Shown in pieces: positions 1 to 9,278 of a DNA stretch of 64,000 nt. The notes beneath the pieces were generated by a model. The model made no database searches and was not told where the DNA came from. It was given only the letters and a program-made list of their open reading frames with translations. The stretch spans positions 1 through 64,000 of IMG/VR virus record IMGVR_UViG_3300022555_000010; one strand, written 5' to 3'. How positions within the stretch are numbered: the stretch's first letter is position 1; each line of letters begins with the position of its first letter. The DNA is from a virus. The position numbers and the translations under genes are program-made.

Positions 1-11
1 CAGGGGTCGCC

Positions 12-350
12 TTGAGAATGAAGGACGATCTTCATCGGATTGTGGCTGTGCTTCACGATGTTGTTGAAGATACCATGGTTACAATGCATGATCTAGAGGT
101 GATGGGAGTTCCGACTGAGGCGATGTTGGCCTTGACCGCACTCACCAAGACACCTGGGCAGGAGTATGATGATTATGTGGCCAAGGTTTCTGCGAATCCG
201 ATAGCCCGGAAGGTAAAGATTGCTGATCTTTCGGACAATATGTATTCTAACGAATTGGCGAAGGATGAAGAAAACACTCCCAAGACGAGGTTGAGAATGG
301 CAGCGTATCAGGCGTTTTACACATTATTGATGGGGTTGGAACAGGGATGA
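12..350 (+). CDS. HD-domain phosphohydrolase, RelA/SpoT hydrolase-like (probably 5'-truncated)
   Basis: AVLHDVVEDT, LTK..Y..Y and VKIADLSDN motifs; frame is open to the window edge. Confidence 0.8.
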   Translation: MRMKDDLHRIVAVLHDVVEDTMVTMHDLEVMGVPTEAMLALTALTKTPGQEYDDYVAKVSANPIARKVKIADLSDNMYSNELAKDEENTPKTRLRMAAYQAFYTLLMGLEQG

Positions 351-556
351 AGAAAGTAAAAGTGGATGTCTTTAGGAAACCATTAAATATCAGGGACTCG
401 GGTGAAAGCACCTATGGGTGTCGTAATACACATCCGAAATGTTGTGGGAGTAATCTGATGCCAAAAGTGTGTGCATTTGTGAGAAAGGACGGGATGTGCC
501 TGAAGCCTCCGGCGTCCTGGGCAAAACAATATAAGGTTCTGAAGGAGAAGAAATGA
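347..556 (+). CDS. small Cys-rich hypothetical protein
   Basis: ATGA overlaps at both ends. Confidence 0.6.
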   Translation: MKKVKVDVFRKPLNIRDSGESTYGCRNTHPKCCGSNLMPKVCAFVRKDGMCLKPPASWAKQYKVLKEKK

Positions 557-726
557 AAGACAATCAATGGGTTTCACAGTTTTTCGAGTTGATTTCAAAG
601 AACTACGCTCGGAGGGAATACCGTTGTTTGACTTGTGGTTATGTGTTTGGTTCAAGTAATGGTGATGAACTTTCTGAGAAGGCGACGGAACATTTGAAAG
701 GGAATTGCAAGATTGAGGCGGAATAA
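553..726 (+). CDS. 57-aa zinc-finger-like protein (CxxC...H...C); paralog of 20953-21111
   Basis: Hand translation MKDNQWVSQFFELISKNYARREYRCLTCGYVFGSS...ATEHLKGNCK; not in the ORF track. Confidence 0.75.
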   Translation: MKDNQWVSQFFELISKNYARREYRCLTCGYVFGSSNGDELSEKATEHLKGNCKIEAE

Positions 727-727
727 G

Positions 728-757
728 TTCCGTATTCCGACCAACTTTCAGCAATGT
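728..757 (+). promoter_or_regulatory. phage promoter motif TTCCGTAT-N15-GCAATGT (copy 1)
   Basis: Exact boxes, 15-nt spacer, ATG at 764 six nt downstream. Confidence 0.8.
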
Positions 758-763
758 AGTGAT

Positions 764-928
764 ATGAAAACAAAGAAAAAGGGACGTATCGTCCATCACG
801 AGCCTGCTGAATTCAAAAGAGATGTGGCGGAGAACTGTTCAGAATGTGGGACTCCTACAAGGTTCTGGCTTGATCCTCACACCCCTCTTTGTAAGGAATG
901 TGCGAAGTCTGAGGGCAAAGGGATATGA
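764..928 (+). CDS. small zinc-ribbon protein, likely leaderless
   Basis: CSEC...CKEC; start reassigned from the promoter geometry. Confidence 0.65.
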   Translation: MKTKKKGRIVHHEPAEFKRDVAENCSECGTPTRFWLDPHTPLCKECAKSEGKGI

Positions 929-1110
929 AGAACTATTATTGTGAGAGTAACAATGGTTGGTTCGTTGTGAAGACGAACAACAAGCGTACTGCCAGGAGTG
1001 TAGCTGTTCAGGAGTTCGGTCGTGGTCGAGTCAGTGAAGTTCGGGAAGCAACCAAGGACGAGACTCAGTATTTTGTGAGTGCGAAGGGTGAAAGGGCGTT
1101 GATTTCATGA
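925..1110 (+). CDS. hypothetical protein
   Basis: Translationally coupled ORF. Confidence 0.55.
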   Translation: MKNYYCESNNGWFVVKTNNKRTARSVAVQEFGRGRVSEVREATKDETQYFVSAKGERALIS

Positions 1111-2522
1111 TTACAGGCAAAGATTTATCTGAGTGGGGTATGGCAGAAGGGCCGATCTATAAGACGGCTCTTAAGGTGCTTGGAGTGTCAAGAAAGGGAT
1201 TCGGGAAGCCTCAAGTCGAGGTCGCGTTCAAGGCTATGTTACTGAACCCGGACCTGTTCATTAACCACGATCTACTGGCTCCGATTGCTCAGGAGATAAT
1301 CAAACATCGGAAGACTTATATTGAGAAGCGTGAGATTGAGATTAAGATTATCAATGACTCAGATGTGCCGGTATGGGGAAATCCAATCGATTTAGGAGCA
1401 CTCAAACAGATAAAGGTATGTGCTCAGACGGCAGAGAGAGTCGCATTAATGGCAGATCATCACAAGGGATATTCTTGTCCGATAGGTGGGGTGGTTGCAT
1501 ATAAAGACCAAATTAGTCCATCTTGTGTCGGATACGATGTGGCTTGTGGTAACAAGGCTGTTTTGACGAATGCGAATGCTGAAGATGTTCGGAAGAACAT
1601 CTCGAAGATTATGGACGACATTTGTCGAAGGATTTCATTTGGAATCGGTCGCAAATCAGTAACCGAGGTTGAACATGAACTTTTCGATGATTCGGCATGG
1701 TCTTTGAAGGCGGTTGCACCGTTGAAGAGTATGGCTCGGCAACAATTGGGAACAGTTGGTTCGGGGAATCATTATGTGGACATCTTTACCGATGAAAAAG
1801 ACCGAGTGTGGATAGGATGTCATTTCGGATCAAGGGGTTTAGGGCATAAGATGGCTACTTGGTTTCTGGAAGCCGGTGGTGCGAAAGATGGAATGGATGT
1901 CGAACCTCTTGTTTTAGATGTTAATTCAGATCTTGGGGCCAAATATATTGCTTGTATGAATTTGGCGGGAAGATTTGCCTATGCTGGAAGAGATTTCGTC
2001 TGTCGGGAAGTTTCAGACATACTCGGGGCAGGAATTGAAGAAGAAGTTCATAATAATCATAACTATGCTTGGCTCGAAGAACACGGTGGAGAAAAACTGT
2101 GGGTGGTTCGGAAAGGTGCCACTCCTGCTTTCCCAGGTCAGAAGTCATTCATTGGGGGATCTCTTGGAGATATTTCGGTAATTGTTGAAGGAATGGAGAA
2201 TCCTGATGGATTAAAGTCTTTGTATTCAACTGTTCACGGAGCCGGACGTGTAATGGGTCGTGCAGACGCGACGGGTAAATATGATAAGAAAACCGGTGTC
2301 TGTATTCGGCCAGGGCGTGTCTCCAAGGAAATGATGGACGAATGGGTTAAGACGGTGGGGGTAGAACTTCGAGGAGCAGGGGTTGATGAGTCTCCGCATT
2401 GTTATAAAAGGCTACCGGATGTGTTGAAGGCTCACGAAGGAATGATTAGGGTCCTTCACACTTTAAAACCGATTGGCGTTGCAATGGCTGGAAAAGACGA
2501 TAAAGATCCCTACAAGGACTGA
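1107..2522 (+). CDS. rtcB: RtcB-family RNA ligase
   Basis: MADHHKGY, VGYDVACG, QLGTVGSGNHY, HFGSRGLG, HNNHN, RKGATP, HGAGR and DESPHCYK motifs. Confidence 0.95.
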   Translation: MITGKDLSEWGMAEGPIYKTALKVLGVSRKGFGKPQVEVAFKAMLLNPDLFINHDLLAPIAQEIIKHRKTYIEKREIEIKIINDSDVPVWGNPIDLGALKQIKVCAQTAERVALMADHHKGYSCPIGGVVAYKDQISPSCVGYDVACGNKAVLTNANAEDVRKNISKIMDDICRRISFGIGRKSVTEVEHELFDDSAWSLKAVAPLKSMARQQLGTVGSGNHYVDIFTDEKDRVWIGCHFGSRGLGHKMATWFLEAGGAKDGMDVEPLVLDVNSDLGAKYIACMNLAGRFAYAGRDFVCREVSDILGAGIEEEVHNNHNYAWLEEHGGEKLWVVRKGATPAFPGQKSFIGGSLGDISVIVEGMENPDGLKSLYSTVHGAGRVMGRADATGKYDKKTGVCIRPGRVSKEMMDEWVKTVGVELRGAGVDESPHCYKRLPDVLKAHEGMIRVLHTLKPIGVAMAGKDDKDPYKD

Positions 2523-2535
2523 TGAATACCAAACG

Positions 2536-2564
2536 TTGACAAGGGATATGGACTGCGACATAAT
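2536..2564 (+). promoter_or_regulatory. sigma70-type promoter TTGACA-N17-CATAAT
   Basis: Consensus -35 and 17-nt spacer just upstream of the 2585 endonuclease. Confidence 0.6.
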
Positions 2565-2584
2565 TCTCTAAAAGTGGGAGATTT

Positions 2585-3250
2585 ATGAAGAAAAGCCAGA
2601 AACTTTGTGAGGGGTGCGGCAAGGGACTGTCGAGACATACTAAGGGAGATCGATGTGTTAAATGTCGAAGCCTTAGACCGGGTTATGTGAATCCGTTTAA
2701 AGGAAGAAAACATTCGGATGCAACCAAAAGTAAAATGTCTTCCAATCACGCAGATGTCTCTGGGGAAAAGAATAGTTTTTGGGGAAACAGGCATTCAGAA
2801 AATAGTAAAAATGAGATAAGAAAATATAGGATTAATTGGTGGAAGACAGCCAGTGAGGAACAGAAAAAGATAGCCAAAGACGCTCTGATGCGAGGAGTCA
2901 AGACAATGAGGAGCGGGGCTTATACAAAACCCGAACAGATCGTGGCAGATGTTTTATATCTGGAAGATGTGGAGTTTGAGCATAATGCACCACTATATGG
3001 GAAATTCTATGTTGATTTCTTATTATCAGACGGAACCATAATCGAGGTTTTCGGGGATTACTGGCACGGAAATCCTAAAGTGTTTCCCAAATTGACTGAG
3101 ACGCAGAAAAAACAGCAGGCCAAGGATCGTTCGAGAGTTGCATATCTGCGTAAGTGCGGACACAAAGTTGTAGTCTTTTGGGAAAAAGAGTTGAAGGAAA
3201 ATTCTTTGATAGTGATTAACAGGTTATATGAGAATGCAAGAGAAGATTGA
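2585..3250 (+). CDS. NUMOD3 + Vsr/DUF559-like endonuclease (free-standing homing-endonuclease-like)
   Basis: Two NUMOD3-like repeats (NPFKGRKHSDATKSKMS, NSFWGNRHSENSK); TKPEQ, EVFGDYWHG and FWEKEL motifs. Confidence 0.8.
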   Translation: MKKSQKLCEGCGKGLSRHTKGDRCVKCRSLRPGYVNPFKGRKHSDATKSKMSSNHADVSGEKNSFWGNRHSENSKNEIRKYRINWWKTASEEQKKIAKDALMRGVKTMRSGAYTKPEQIVADVLYLEDVEFEHNAPLYGKFYVDFLLSDGTIIEVFGDYWHGNPKVFPKLTETQKKQQAKDRSRVAYLRKCGHKVVVFWEKELKENSLIVINRLYENARED

Positions 3251-3929
3251 CAAGTCATTTGTCGGGAAGTATGTCTGTTACGCGAAGAGTGACGGTTCAT
3301 TCACTTTCGGTAGGATTAAGGATCAGGGATTTCAGAACTCGATAAAGGGTGAGAAGGAAGTATTCATTCTGACTGACCAGATCACCTGTAGGGTGGCAAA
3401 CAACTACTTGGAACTGGCTACGATTCAGAGTCTGGGGCGTAGGATTGCGGCCGGCACAGCCGGTCCTACCATGCTTCCTGGGCCTACTGACCCAATGATG
3501 TTGCCAGACTATCAGAGATTCGGGGATAGAAAGATGCTCCCAGTAAAAACTGAAGAAAAATCCTTAGAGATTGTTGGAAGTATGTTGCCGGCGAAGGTAA
3601 GCACCCCGGAAGGGAGAGGGCTTGTCCCGGCTTTGGAGCAGACGATGGGGATGGTGAGGTCCCAGGGATTGCCAATGATGCAGAAGGTCGGGCAGGTTAG
3701 AAGTAGCATTGATGGGCATGAGATCAATTTCTTGTTAAGGAGATATGGATATGATACGAGTGTTCGTCGTGATAGTTTGAATATGAAGACGGACATTGTT
3801 GATCCGGAGAATGAGGAATTCAGGGGGATGACGGATGGAGAGGTATTTCTGATGTCTATGAGGGCCAAGATGAATGGCTCAGCGACTCAGGGAATCTTTG
3901 GAAAGAAGACTTTAGCGTTGAATGAGTAA
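3228..3929 (+). CDS. hypothetical protein with Pro/Met-rich centre
   Basis: 233-aa ORF, repeated MLP. Confidence 0.65.
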   Translation: MRMQEKIDKSFVGKYVCYAKSDGSFTFGRIKDQGFQNSIKGEKEVFILTDQITCRVANNYLELATIQSLGRRIAAGTAGPTMLPGPTDPMMLPDYQRFGDRKMLPVKTEEKSLEIVGSMLPAKVSTPEGRGLVPALEQTMGMVRSQGLPMMQKVGQVRSSIDGHEINFLLRRYGYDTSVRRDSLNMKTDIVDPENEEFRGMTDGEVFLMSMRAKMNGSATQGIFGKKTLALNE

Positions 3930-3940
3930 AAAGGAATAAA

Positions 3941-4345
3941 ATGAAACCGTATGGAATAAATGATAGTCGTCTCGTTTTCCTCAAGCATCTTATTGAAGTG
4001 TTGGGATGGAAGGAAAGCAATTGGAATCCGATGGCAGTCGGTGATAATGGAAAGGCCATTGGAGTCTGGCAGATCTGGGACATTGTGATTGCAGATGTGA
4101 ATCGGTTGTATGACACTCAATATGTCTGGCCACGAGATGCTGCGAATGTGGCGACGGCACGGAGGATCTGCTGGTTGTATCTGTCATTCTATTTTATTCA
4201 CACCAAGAAGACTCATCCAGAACTGACGATGTCGAATGAGGAGATGTGTTCAAGGATCTGGAATGGTGGGCCTACTGGGTATGCGAAGACGGCTACCAAT
4301 GTTTATTGGGCAGGAGTGAAAGAACTTCTAAATAAGAAGGTATAA
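3941..4345 (+). CDS. lysozyme-like protein (destabilase/SLT-like)
   Basis: ES...AVGDNGKAIGVWQI...DVNR and RIWNGGP...T..YW. Confidence 0.75.
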   Translation: MKPYGINDSRLVFLKHLIEVLGWKESNWNPMAVGDNGKAIGVWQIWDIVIADVNRLYDTQYVWPRDAANVATARRICWLYLSFYFIHTKKTHPELTMSNEEMCSRIWNGGPTGYAKTATNVYWAGVKELLNKKV

Positions 4346-4558
4346 TGAAGACAGATACGGCAGGCAGAGTATGGACGGCTGCTCCGTTTCACTCTTCTCC
4401 GATGACGACCGGCTCTATTCAGGGGTTATGGTTGTTACCGGGTGAGAAGGTCAACTGGCACTGGAGTCATAACACGGATGGAACATCGTATGTCTCGGGA
4501 TATACGATTGAGAATAAAATTACTTTTCCTCACGAGTTTAAGAAGGATGGAGGATAAT

Positions 4559-4777
4559 ATGTTTGAGAAATCAACAATTGAGACATTTATGGGCGGAGAA
4601 TTCAATCTCAGGGGAATCGACCGGAAATGCAAGGTGCAGACACTGGCTGCGGAGATTCAGAAGTGGGCTGATGAGATTCGTTCCTGGGACAATGCAAAAC
4701 ACGATGTCATGATCGGAGAGGTTGCGATCGTGAAGGACCGAATGATTGTGACCCTGGCAGAAGGAATCTCTCAATGA
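4559..4777 (+). CDS. hypothetical protein
   Basis: GGAGG RBS before ATG 4559. Confidence 0.55.
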   Translation: MFEKSTIETFMGGEFNLRGIDRKCKVQTLAAEIQKWADEIRSWDNAKHDVMIGEVAIVKDRMIVTLAEGISQ

Positions 4778-5421
4778 GCTTAAAGGCATATGAGGCGTAC
4801 CGGTTCCCCCGGAACAAGTTGGATGAGTTTCTTCCCCTCTTTGATGAGACGTGTGCGAAGGCGGTCAGCAAGGACATTCTTGCCATCGGTCATCTCAATC
4901 CGAAGGGCTTGAAGAAGACTCGGAGATCTTTGTTCGGACTTAAACGGAATGTGAACAAGGAGTTCTCGGATCAGGACATTGGAATCATTTGGGTATTGGC
5001 TCAATGGATGTTGGCGTCAAAGCGTCCAGAGCACGATCCCCTGAATTTTGATTGTGCCTGCAACCTCTGGATGAAGGGTAAATGGTGTTACATGATGCCA
5101 TATACCTCCAGAATGGTAAAATTTGACAAGGGTATGCCTGATTGGATCAAGTTCTATGGATATTGGGACAACACAGATGCCGAGGAAGGTGTTAGCCCGA
5201 GGGAATGGAAAAGACGTGGAGTCATCTGGAATGAGATAACCGACAACTGGGACAAGAATCGGCTAACCCATATAACCTTTGAGATGAAGATGCCTCATCT
5301 TGTTGGCCTGTTGACCTTGTTGAAGGCGATGAATCAGGACAAGGACTGGGTTTCCAGGATCTACAGTTCTGCGAGTCTTCTCTATTGGAAGGAAGAACGT
5401 CGGGAAAAAGACTTGGCATGA
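4774..5421 (+). CDS. hypothetical phage protein
   Basis: 215-aa coupled ORF. Confidence 0.7.
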   Translation: MSLKAYEAYRFPRNKLDEFLPLFDETCAKAVSKDILAIGHLNPKGLKKTRRSLFGLKRNVNKEFSDQDIGIIWVLAQWMLASKRPEHDPLNFDCACNLWMKGKWCYMMPYTSRMVKFDKGMPDWIKFYGYWDNTDAEEGVSPREWKRRGVIWNEITDNWDKNRLTHITFEMKMPHLVGLLTLLKAMNQDKDWVSRIYSSASLLYWKEERREKDLA

Positions 5422-6146
5422 CACCGAATGGTTCTAAAGTCACGGTGTTGACTTGGTTGAAGAATGAGGAGCATATCATCCCGTTCTTTCTCCGGCATTA
5501 TGCTTTCGCCGACGAGATTATTGTCTGGGACAATGGAAGCACAGATTCCAGTCGGGAGATCTTAGAGCGTCATCCTAAAGTCACAGTTCATAACTGGGAC
5601 ACGGGCGGGGAGTTGAGAGACGACCAGTTGATTGAGATGAAGAACTTTGAGTATCGGAAGACTGGGCCTGGATGGAAGATCATCGTGGATATTGATGAGT
5701 TCATTTGGCACCCGGATATTCTAAACTTGTTCGATTTGAGTGATCAGAAGGGTATCACACTTCTTCAGACAGAAGGGTTTGATATGGTTTCCAGGAATGT
5801 TCCGACGGATGATGGACACACCTTGCTAACTGATATTATTCAAGAGGGCCGACCGAATCCAATGTATAGCAAGTGTTGTGTGCTTCGGGAGGATTGTCTG
5901 CTTGAGTTAAATTGCGGAGGCCACTCACCGAAGTCTGTTGCTGGAAGAGTTGTCGTGTCTGACAATAAGTATCTCAAGTTGTTGCATTACAGATACTTGT
6001 CGCTGGAACTGGTAATGGAGAAGGCTCGAAGAATCAATATGTCCGATTTTAATCGAAAGTATCAAGTGGCCTTATCGCAATCATCTCCGGAAGAGATGAG
6101 GAAAAGATGGGAGGAAGCATGGAAGGGAAAGATCCAAGTCTTGTAA
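5418..6146 (+). CDS. GT-A fold glycosyltransferase (family 2-like)
   Basis: KNEEHIIPFFLRHY, DNGSTDSS, VDIDEF and LLHYRY. Confidence 0.85.
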   Translation: MTPNGSKVTVLTWLKNEEHIIPFFLRHYAFADEIIVWDNGSTDSSREILERHPKVTVHNWDTGGELRDDQLIEMKNFEYRKTGPGWKIIVDIDEFIWHPDILNLFDLSDQKGITLLQTEGFDMVSRNVPTDDGHTLLTDIIQEGRPNPMYSKCCVLREDCLLELNCGGHSPKSVAGRVVVSDNKYLKLLHYRYLSLELVMEKARRINMSDFNRKYQVALSQSSPEEMRKRWEEAWKGKIQVL

Positions 6147-6322
6147 AGGAGTGTGAGCATCCTTCTTCCAAGGTGAAGTATTCCATATGTCATAGTCACT
6201 TGGGATGGTGTGGTATTTGCAATCTTTGTAAAAAGAAGGTCCACGCGGCGTATAATGAGTTTGTGATGGCAGGTAAGAAGGTGTTCCGAGAATCAAAATG
6301 GCATTAAGAATGGGAGATAAGT

Positions 6323-6694
6323 ATGGCTGAGAAGCAAGGGCATGATATTCGTCAGGTTAATCGTTATGTGGATTCCAATGGCCGTGAGGTCCTGGAGTTC
6401 GTGCAGGTATTCGGCAAGTCGAAAGAGGAACCGCTGGTCAAGGGGTCGATGACTCTCAAGATTATGGTGAACACTCCGATGGGACCGCAAGCACAGATGC
6501 AGCGGCATGAGTGGCCGTTCCCTGATGGGACTGGGGTCAAGAAGGCGTTTGAGATTTGGGATGAAGCCGCCAATGCCGAACTTGAGTTGATCAAGAAGAA
6601 CAATGAGGAGAAGACCAAGGAACAGAACAGGAAGATTGTGCCAGCACGGACATTACCCGGTGGGATTATTGGTCTGGACGGCAAGAAACTGTAA
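6323..6694 (+). CDS. hypothetical protein
   Basis: GGGAG RBS, 123 aa. Confidence 0.65.
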   Translation: MAEKQGHDIRQVNRYVDSNGREVLEFVQVFGKSKEEPLVKGSMTLKIMVNTPMGPQAQMQRHEWPFPDGTGVKKAFEIWDEAANAELELIKKNNEEKTKEQNRKIVPARTLPGGIIGLDGKKL

Positions 6695-7025
6695 GTATGG
6701 CTCGCAGGAAGAAAACAATTCTGATCCCGGAGAAGGAATGGTGTTCCTGCCGGGATTGGATTGATCACGAATGGAGATTGAGTAACCACTCGTTGATGAA
6801 TTTTTGTATTTTTTGTGGTAAGAAACTGGTGAAGGAGAAAGTATCATGAGTAAGACGATTGCAAGTAAGAAGGTTGATCATTTCAATATATTCGATGGAG
6901 AATTTGACAGGATTGATGAGGCATTGAAAAGCAGGGGATTGACGGCTGACGATGTCATCTCTATCACCTACAACAGTAAGAAGGATTTGTATCTGGTGTG
7001 GTTTAAAGCATAAGGAGAAAGTGTT

Positions 7026-8186
7026 ATGAGACGATTTTTAATGACAGCGGGAATGCACATGGGGCCGATGAAACGGTGTGTCAACAAGGGTGATGTCCTC
7101 GGATGGGATGCTCCAACAAAGATCTTCACACTCAACGGGATCAAACTCTTCGAGGAGAAGGGAATGAGTTTTGCGGAGACAATTGCCATTCTTGAACGTC
7201 AGATGGCCAAGGACCCGGAGAAGGCTTGGTCAAAGGAACTTGCTCCTGTCATTACACCGGTCGGTCTGGACACTGAGATTAAATCAGACAGTCAGGTCAT
7301 TCTGACTATTCTGGGATGTCTTCAGGCTATTGAAGACTTTCTCGGGACTCATCAGGAATGGGAGAAACTCGGGAAGATGGTGAACTGGACTCCGGCGAAT
7401 GAGGACCAGTATCAGTTTCTCCGGCGTTTCATTGGTGCCAAGAGCCTTGTGGATACACTGGGAGACAATTTAAAGCGTAAGGCTGACTTGGATGTCAATG
7501 TGATTAACGCCTGGCTCAAGGAGAACGGATTCGACATTCAACTGGATGCTATGCCGGGGACGGCATTCGCGGTCGCGAGTATCCTGGATGTGCTGGTCGA
7601 ATGGGTCAAGGAAGGTGATGTGACAACGGTATATAATGAGAAGGGGACATTCCCGGCCGTATCACTCAAGAGTGAACACTCGAAGAATGTGAAGATGTTT
7701 ATCAATCGAGGGATTTACCCGTTCCCGGTGGCTCAGGTGGAAACTAAGAATGGGGACAAGGTCTTTATGTCGGTGTTGGACCATATGCCGAATGAGGCGT
7801 TCGCATTGTCCGACAAGGTGACAATGTTACAGACACTCACCAATGAAACGAACAATATTGAGGGTTGTTCCGGGGTGATCTTCCCGATGATTAATTACGA
7901 TAAAATGGTGAATATCGGATGGATCGTGGGAATGCAGACGGGGAATGATGAGTATTACATTTCGGAGGCATTGCAACAGACGAAGTTTCGGATGAATGAG
8001 ATGGGAGCAAGGGCTCAGAGTGCTGTGGCGATGTCGATGAGGTGTGGTGCGATGGCAGAAGCAGCACCTTGGGTTCGGATTGACAAGCCTTTCGTCCTAT
8101 GGATTGAGCGTCCTGGGGTAGCACTTCCGTTGTTCATCGGAGTGTTTGCGGAAGATGTCTGGAAGAAGCCGGCGGATCTGAAATGA
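7026..8186 (+). CDS. divergent serpin-fold protein
   Basis: INAWLKEN, FAVASILDVLVEW, VIFP, ISEALQQTKFRMNEMGARAQSAVA hinge, IDKPFVLWIE...PLFIG in serpin order. Confidence 0.7.
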   Translation: MRRFLMTAGMHMGPMKRCVNKGDVLGWDAPTKIFTLNGIKLFEEKGMSFAETIAILERQMAKDPEKAWSKELAPVITPVGLDTEIKSDSQVILTILGCLQAIEDFLGTHQEWEKLGKMVNWTPANEDQYQFLRRFIGAKSLVDTLGDNLKRKADLDVNVINAWLKENGFDIQLDAMPGTAFAVASILDVLVEWVKEGDVTTVYNEKGTFPAVSLKSEHSKNVKMFINRGIYPFPVAQVETKNGDKVFMSVLDHMPNEAFALSDKVTMLQTLTNETNNIEGCSGVIFPMINYDKMVNIGWIVGMQTGNDEYYISEALQQTKFRMNEMGARAQSAVAMSMRCGAMAEAAPWVRIDKPFVLWIERPGVALPLFIGVFAEDVWKKPADLK

Positions 8187-8298
8187 TTGCCGTTTTTGTT
8201 TGGACATTCAAAGGGGTTATCGACGCAATCGCCGTGGGATTCGTATTGTTGGTGTTACTCATAATGGGGATCATCTATGGATGTATGAGTTTAAGTGA

Positions 8299-8601
8299 AT
8301 GGTGGGTAGGAAAGAAGAAGGCATGGCGGGCAAGACGGAAATGAAAGAATCTCGGCCGGCTGACGATCTTGACGGAATGAAGATTGAGGCTAATGTTCCC
8401 AAGGTCATCACAGACCAACACCGGGGCATGAAAGTTCTTTTCAGACTTCCGAACAACGCGATCGCGAAAGAGGGCATAATAGATGAACTCTCACCCGGTA
8501 ACGGCTATATCCATATCGGGAGAACCTGGGTCGAGAATAATGGTAAGGGAATCCTGGCAGTTTTGTCGGGGACTCAGAGAAGAAGAGATGCATTGAAATG
8601 A
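8299..8601 (+). CDS. hypothetical protein
   Basis: Overlaps the next start; exact start uncertain. Confidence 0.55.
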   Translation: MVGRKEEGMAGKTEMKESRPADDLDGMKIEANVPKVITDQHRGMKVLFRLPNNAIAKEGIIDELSPGNGYIHIGRTWVENNGKGILAVLSGTQRRRDALK

Positions 8602-9218
8602 CACCTAAAGAATACATAAAGGATGGACCACAGAAGCCTGACGACTTGATTGGCAAGGGAAAGACGATAGCCAAGGTCTTTTGTGCCAAGGTAAAGAGTG
8701 GAGTCACAGATCCAATCGTTTTGTATTGTTACGGTCCCCCAGGGATCGGGAAGTCGGCAACTTGCAAGATCATTGCTAAATTCGTGGCAGGTCATTCTTC
8801 GGGTATCAGGCATCTCTCAGCGGCACAAGTAACGGCTGAACATATCCGGGACTGGATGAATGAAATGAATTACATCTCGGACCAATGGAAAGTCTTTTGG
8901 ATTGAAGAGGTTGATGCTGTTAATCCGACAGTACAGATTTTGCTGCTTCAATTGTTGGATATTCTACCGAAGAAGGTTGCATTCCTATTCACCAGTAATG
9001 AACAGATGTCCGGGATATCCACAAGATTTCAGAGCCGAGCACAGGTGATGAGGTTTGAGGCACCAAAGGTGGCAGAGGTGTCCAAATTCTTGTTAAAGCA
9101 TTGGCCTGAACTGGGGAAGGTTGCACACGAGATCGCTGAAACGAATAACGGGGATGTAAGAGCCTCATTAAATGATGCTCAAACTGAGATTGATATCCAA
9201 AAATATTCTAAAAATTAG
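8598..9218 (+). CDS. clamp-loader-clade AAA+ ATPase (RFC/DnaX-like, no collar domain)
   Basis: GPPGIGKS, VFWIEEVD, FLFTSN, SR arginine finger, GDVRASLN. Confidence 0.8.
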   Translation: MTPKEYIKDGPQKPDDLIGKGKTIAKVFCAKVKSGVTDPIVLYCYGPPGIGKSATCKIIAKFVAGHSSGIRHLSAAQVTAEHIRDWMNEMNYISDQWKVFWIEEVDAVNPTVQILLLQLLDILPKKVAFLFTSNEQMSGISTRFQSRAQVMRFEAPKVAEVSKFLLKHWPELGKVAHEIAETNNGDVRASLNDAQTEIDIQKYSKN

Positions 9219-9278
9219 TAATTCTCAAATGCACATGGATGTGCTTAAATGCTTGGATAACAAAAGGAGAGATAATCA

